A stretch of DNA of 51,171 bases from a virus: the IMG/VR virus record IMGVR_UViG_3300032157_000012, positions 1 through 51,171 of that record; one strand, written 5' to 3'. The notes under the pieces are model-generated. The model searched no databases. It was not told where the DNA came from and saw nothing but the letters and a program-made list of their open reading frames with translations. Position 1 is the first letter of the stretch; the number at the start of each line of letters is the position of its first letter. This document shows positions 49,499-51,171 of the stretch, piece after piece. Both the position numbers and the translations under genes were made by a program.

Positions 49499-50205
49499 GC
49501 ATAAGAACAGTACGCGTACCCAAAGACGTGATGGACTACATCGGTGAGCTGGAGATGCGCATCCGCGCGTTGGAGACTAGCCACCAGATCGGTAACACAT
49601 CCGTCGACAACGGTGAGTTCACCGTACGTAACGGAGACATCGTCGTTAGGACCGACGACGACGAAGAAGTTACTCGAATCAAGCACGGTGACATTCCTGA
49701 GATCGTCATGACGCCCATCAGCACAACGGGCGAGGACCTCGAGATGAAGGTCTTTGCTTGGGAGGACGGCGACTCCGGTGGCGCTCTACAGCTGTGCGTC
49801 GAACGTCCTGGCACAGGCCAGGATGGTGGTAAGCTCCTCCTGATGCGTGACGCTGCGTTCCTGTCACATCAGCCCGATGGCCGGCTCGAAGGCTACCTCT
49901 CCATCGGCTACTTCCAGGACGAGCTCATCTACATGCAGGGAGCATTCGGCCAAGACCTCGGCTACTCAGATACGGCCTTCGTATGCGGTCGTAACGTTGT
50001 GGCAGCAGGCTTCGGCAGCTTCGCCTATACGTACCCTGCACCGCTGTCCAATGGTGTCATGGTTCCTGTTGTGCAGATGACCAACACCGCAGGCGCTATC
50101 GCAGGGTGTCTCATCGCACAGTCCAACTCAGGGTGGACGTACTCTTGGACAGGCACACTGGCCAAGACCATCAACTACTGGTGCTTCAGGGTGATTACGC
50201 CATGA
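49495..50205 (+). CDS. minor tail protein
   Basis: 236 aa; 4-nt overlap. Confidence 0.55.
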   Translation: MSIRTVRVPKDVMDYIGELEMRIRALETSHQIGNTSVDNGEFTVRNGDIVVRTDDDEEVTRIKHGDIPEIVMTPISTTGEDLEMKVFAWEDGDSGGALQLCVERPGTGQDGGKLLLMRDAAFLSHQPDGRLEGYLSIGYFQDELIYMQGAFGQDLGYSDTAFVCGRNVVAAGFGSFAYTYPAPLSNGVMVPVVQMTNTAGAIAGCLIAQSNSGWTYSWTGTLAKTINYWCFRVITP

Positions 50206-50813
50206 TCAGTGTCGAAACTGTTTCTGTTGTCCGCAATGGTAATACATGGGAGCACGTCTCTCAACTCACCCTGGAGGACGGCTCAACCTCGCTGTGCCTT
50301 CACACCATCCCGGACAGCGCCTTCTCTGGCTACTCTCAGCACTTCAACGAGACAGATCCTGAGAAGGTCCTGGACCTCGTTCTGCATGCACCTTATGTAG
50401 ACGACATGTCTCGAGAAGGATTCGACGCGACCATCGCGCGGCTCCGCCCCAAGAACAAAACACCACACGCACGCCTGACGCAGTCCTGTAAGGATTGTGG
50501 CATCGATGAACGTTACCTCCCCAACGGTAAGGACCCTCGCGAGACGCTCCTGAGGGCCGCTAGGAAAGGAATTGACCATGCAAAGGTTCAACAAGCTGTG
50601 GGCAGCACTGCTCGCAGGCCTACTGGTCGCGGTCCCGTCGATCGCAGCGGCGAACAACGACGGAACGGTGTCGACGCAAGAGTGGCTAACAGCACTCGGA
50701 TTGTTCCTGCCAGCAGTATTCGTCGCGTTGTCGCCCGCAAACGCTTTGACAACGCTGGAGCTGATCCGGCAGGCCCTCGCGGACCCCAAGATCCAGATGC
50801 AGGTCAGCGGTAA
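50202..50813 (+). CDS. hypothetical protein (3-prime end doubtful)
   Basis: ATGA overlap at 50202. The last 236 nt overlap the holin-like gene and encode an R/G-rich, low-quality sequence. Confidence 0.4.
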   Translation: MISVETVSVVRNGNTWEHVSQLTLEDGSTSLCLHTIPDSAFSGYSQHFNETDPEKVLDLVLHAPYVDDMSREGFDATIARLRPKNKTPHARLTQSCKDCGIDERYLPNGKDPRETLLRAARKGIDHAKVQQAVGSTARRPTGRGPVDRSGEQRRNGVDARVANSTRIVPASSIRRVVARKRFDNAGADPAGPRGPQDPDAGQR

Positions 50814-50838
50814 GTCCGACCCGCGTGGTCTGGATTAA
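50578..50838 (+). CDS. holin-like 2-TM membrane protein
   Basis: AGGAAAGGA before ATG 50578. LWAALLAGLLVAVPSIAAANNDGTVSTQEWLTALGLFLPAVFVALSPAN. Last gene of the + arm. Confidence 0.55.
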   Translation: MQRFNKLWAALLAGLLVAVPSIAAANNDGTVSTQEWLTALGLFLPAVFVALSPANALTTLELIRQALADPKIQMQVSGKSDPRGLD

Positions 50839-50845
50839 ATAGACA

Positions 50846-50900
50846 CCTGGCCCCCTACCTCCCGTCAGGCCTCACGGGAATCCCTCGGTAGGGGGCCAGG
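50846..50900. terminator. bidirectional terminator hairpin (14-bp perfect stem) between convergent arms
   Basis: cctggccccctacc / ggtagggggccagg, with an inner cccgt/acggg stem. Lies between the holin stop (50838) and the RuvC-like stop (50904). Confidence 0.6.
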
Positions 50901-50903
50901 ACT

Positions 50904-51171
50904 CTACTTAAGCTTCTGTAGCCATTGCTGGCCGTTCAGGTAGAGGTAGAACGTATCGTAGTGTAGCCAGTGCCGTAGTGCATCACGACTGTGACGTGAA
51001 TCACACTCGTTGTAGAGGCCGACCTTCTTGAGCTTGACGTCAGTCCAGAAGGCCTTCTCGCCCTTGACTACTGCCGCCTTCTGTACGTGGTATGCGATGT
51101 TGAACATCTGACAGTACAGCTGGATTATGCCCAGGTACTGTCCTGCGTCGTAGTTGATGTATGCTCGCTGT
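50904..51171 (-). CDS. RuvC-like resolvase, 3-prime part (same gene as 1..309; 51045-51171 duplicates 1-127)
   Basis: Track ORF 50904..51107 is in frame with upstream codons through the window end. Confidence 0.65.
   Translation of the reverse strand, partial: QRAYINYDAGQYLGIIQLYCQMFNIAYHVQKAAVVKGEKAFWTDVKLKKVGLYNECDSRHSRDALRHWLHYDTFYLYLNGQQWLQKLK
51045..51171. repeat. second copy of the 127-bp terminal duplication
   Basis: Identical to 1-127. Confidence 0.95.

Overview
The window is one complete tailed dsDNA phage genome. Bases 1-127 are identical to 51045-51171, so it is a circular or terminally redundant assembly with 51044 bp of unique sequence. No database search was possible; every function call rests on motifs read by eye in the ORF-track translations. 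Frequent GTG starts, ATGA/GTGA start-stop overlaps, lipobox proteins, one leaderless-type start and the holin type suggest a high-GC Gram-positive (actinobacterial) host, but that is inference.

Two arms diverge from a control region at about 27.4-28.9 kb.
- Leftward (- strand, 28561 down to 302, plus a RuvC-like gene that wraps the junction): about 60 early, replication and nucleotide-metabolism genes. These include a UDG-PolA fusion; a 7-deazaguanine DNA-modification island (dpdA, two NTP pyrophosphohydrolases, folE, queE, queD, queC); a prim-pol/helicase; a DUF669 / AAA ATPase / Cas4-like exonuclease recombination module; and an SNF2 helicase.
- Rightward (+ strand, 28925 to 50838): TerS-like, TerL, portal, Mu-I-type protease/scaffold, decoration protein, a free-standing LAGLIDADG endonuclease, lambda-E-type major capsid, neck genes, major tail, a G/GT chaperone pair with a GGGAAAC -1 frameshift, tape measure, Dit, three inserted genes (fibre-like, secreted GDPD, M15-type peptidase), Tal-like, minor tail proteins and a holin-like protein.

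Most notable:
1. The deazaguanine island and the extra genes embedded in it.
2. A phage-specific composite motif, CGTGTGGAGTT-N19-21-GTTTAACA, often with an inverted copy downstream. The exact 11-mer occurs 9 times; in all six arm+core elements the first arm and core are co-oriented with transcription, on both arms of the genome.
3. Clusters of GGTTAGAC/GNCTAACC repeats at three intergenic loci.
4. Three families of sigma70-like promoters.
5. A tRNA-like element that lacks a foldable anticodon arm.
6. An AT-rich non-coding island with GTATAAC repeats and a 57-bp tandem repeat in the divergent control region.

No integrase, repressor, CRISPR array or rRNA was seen.
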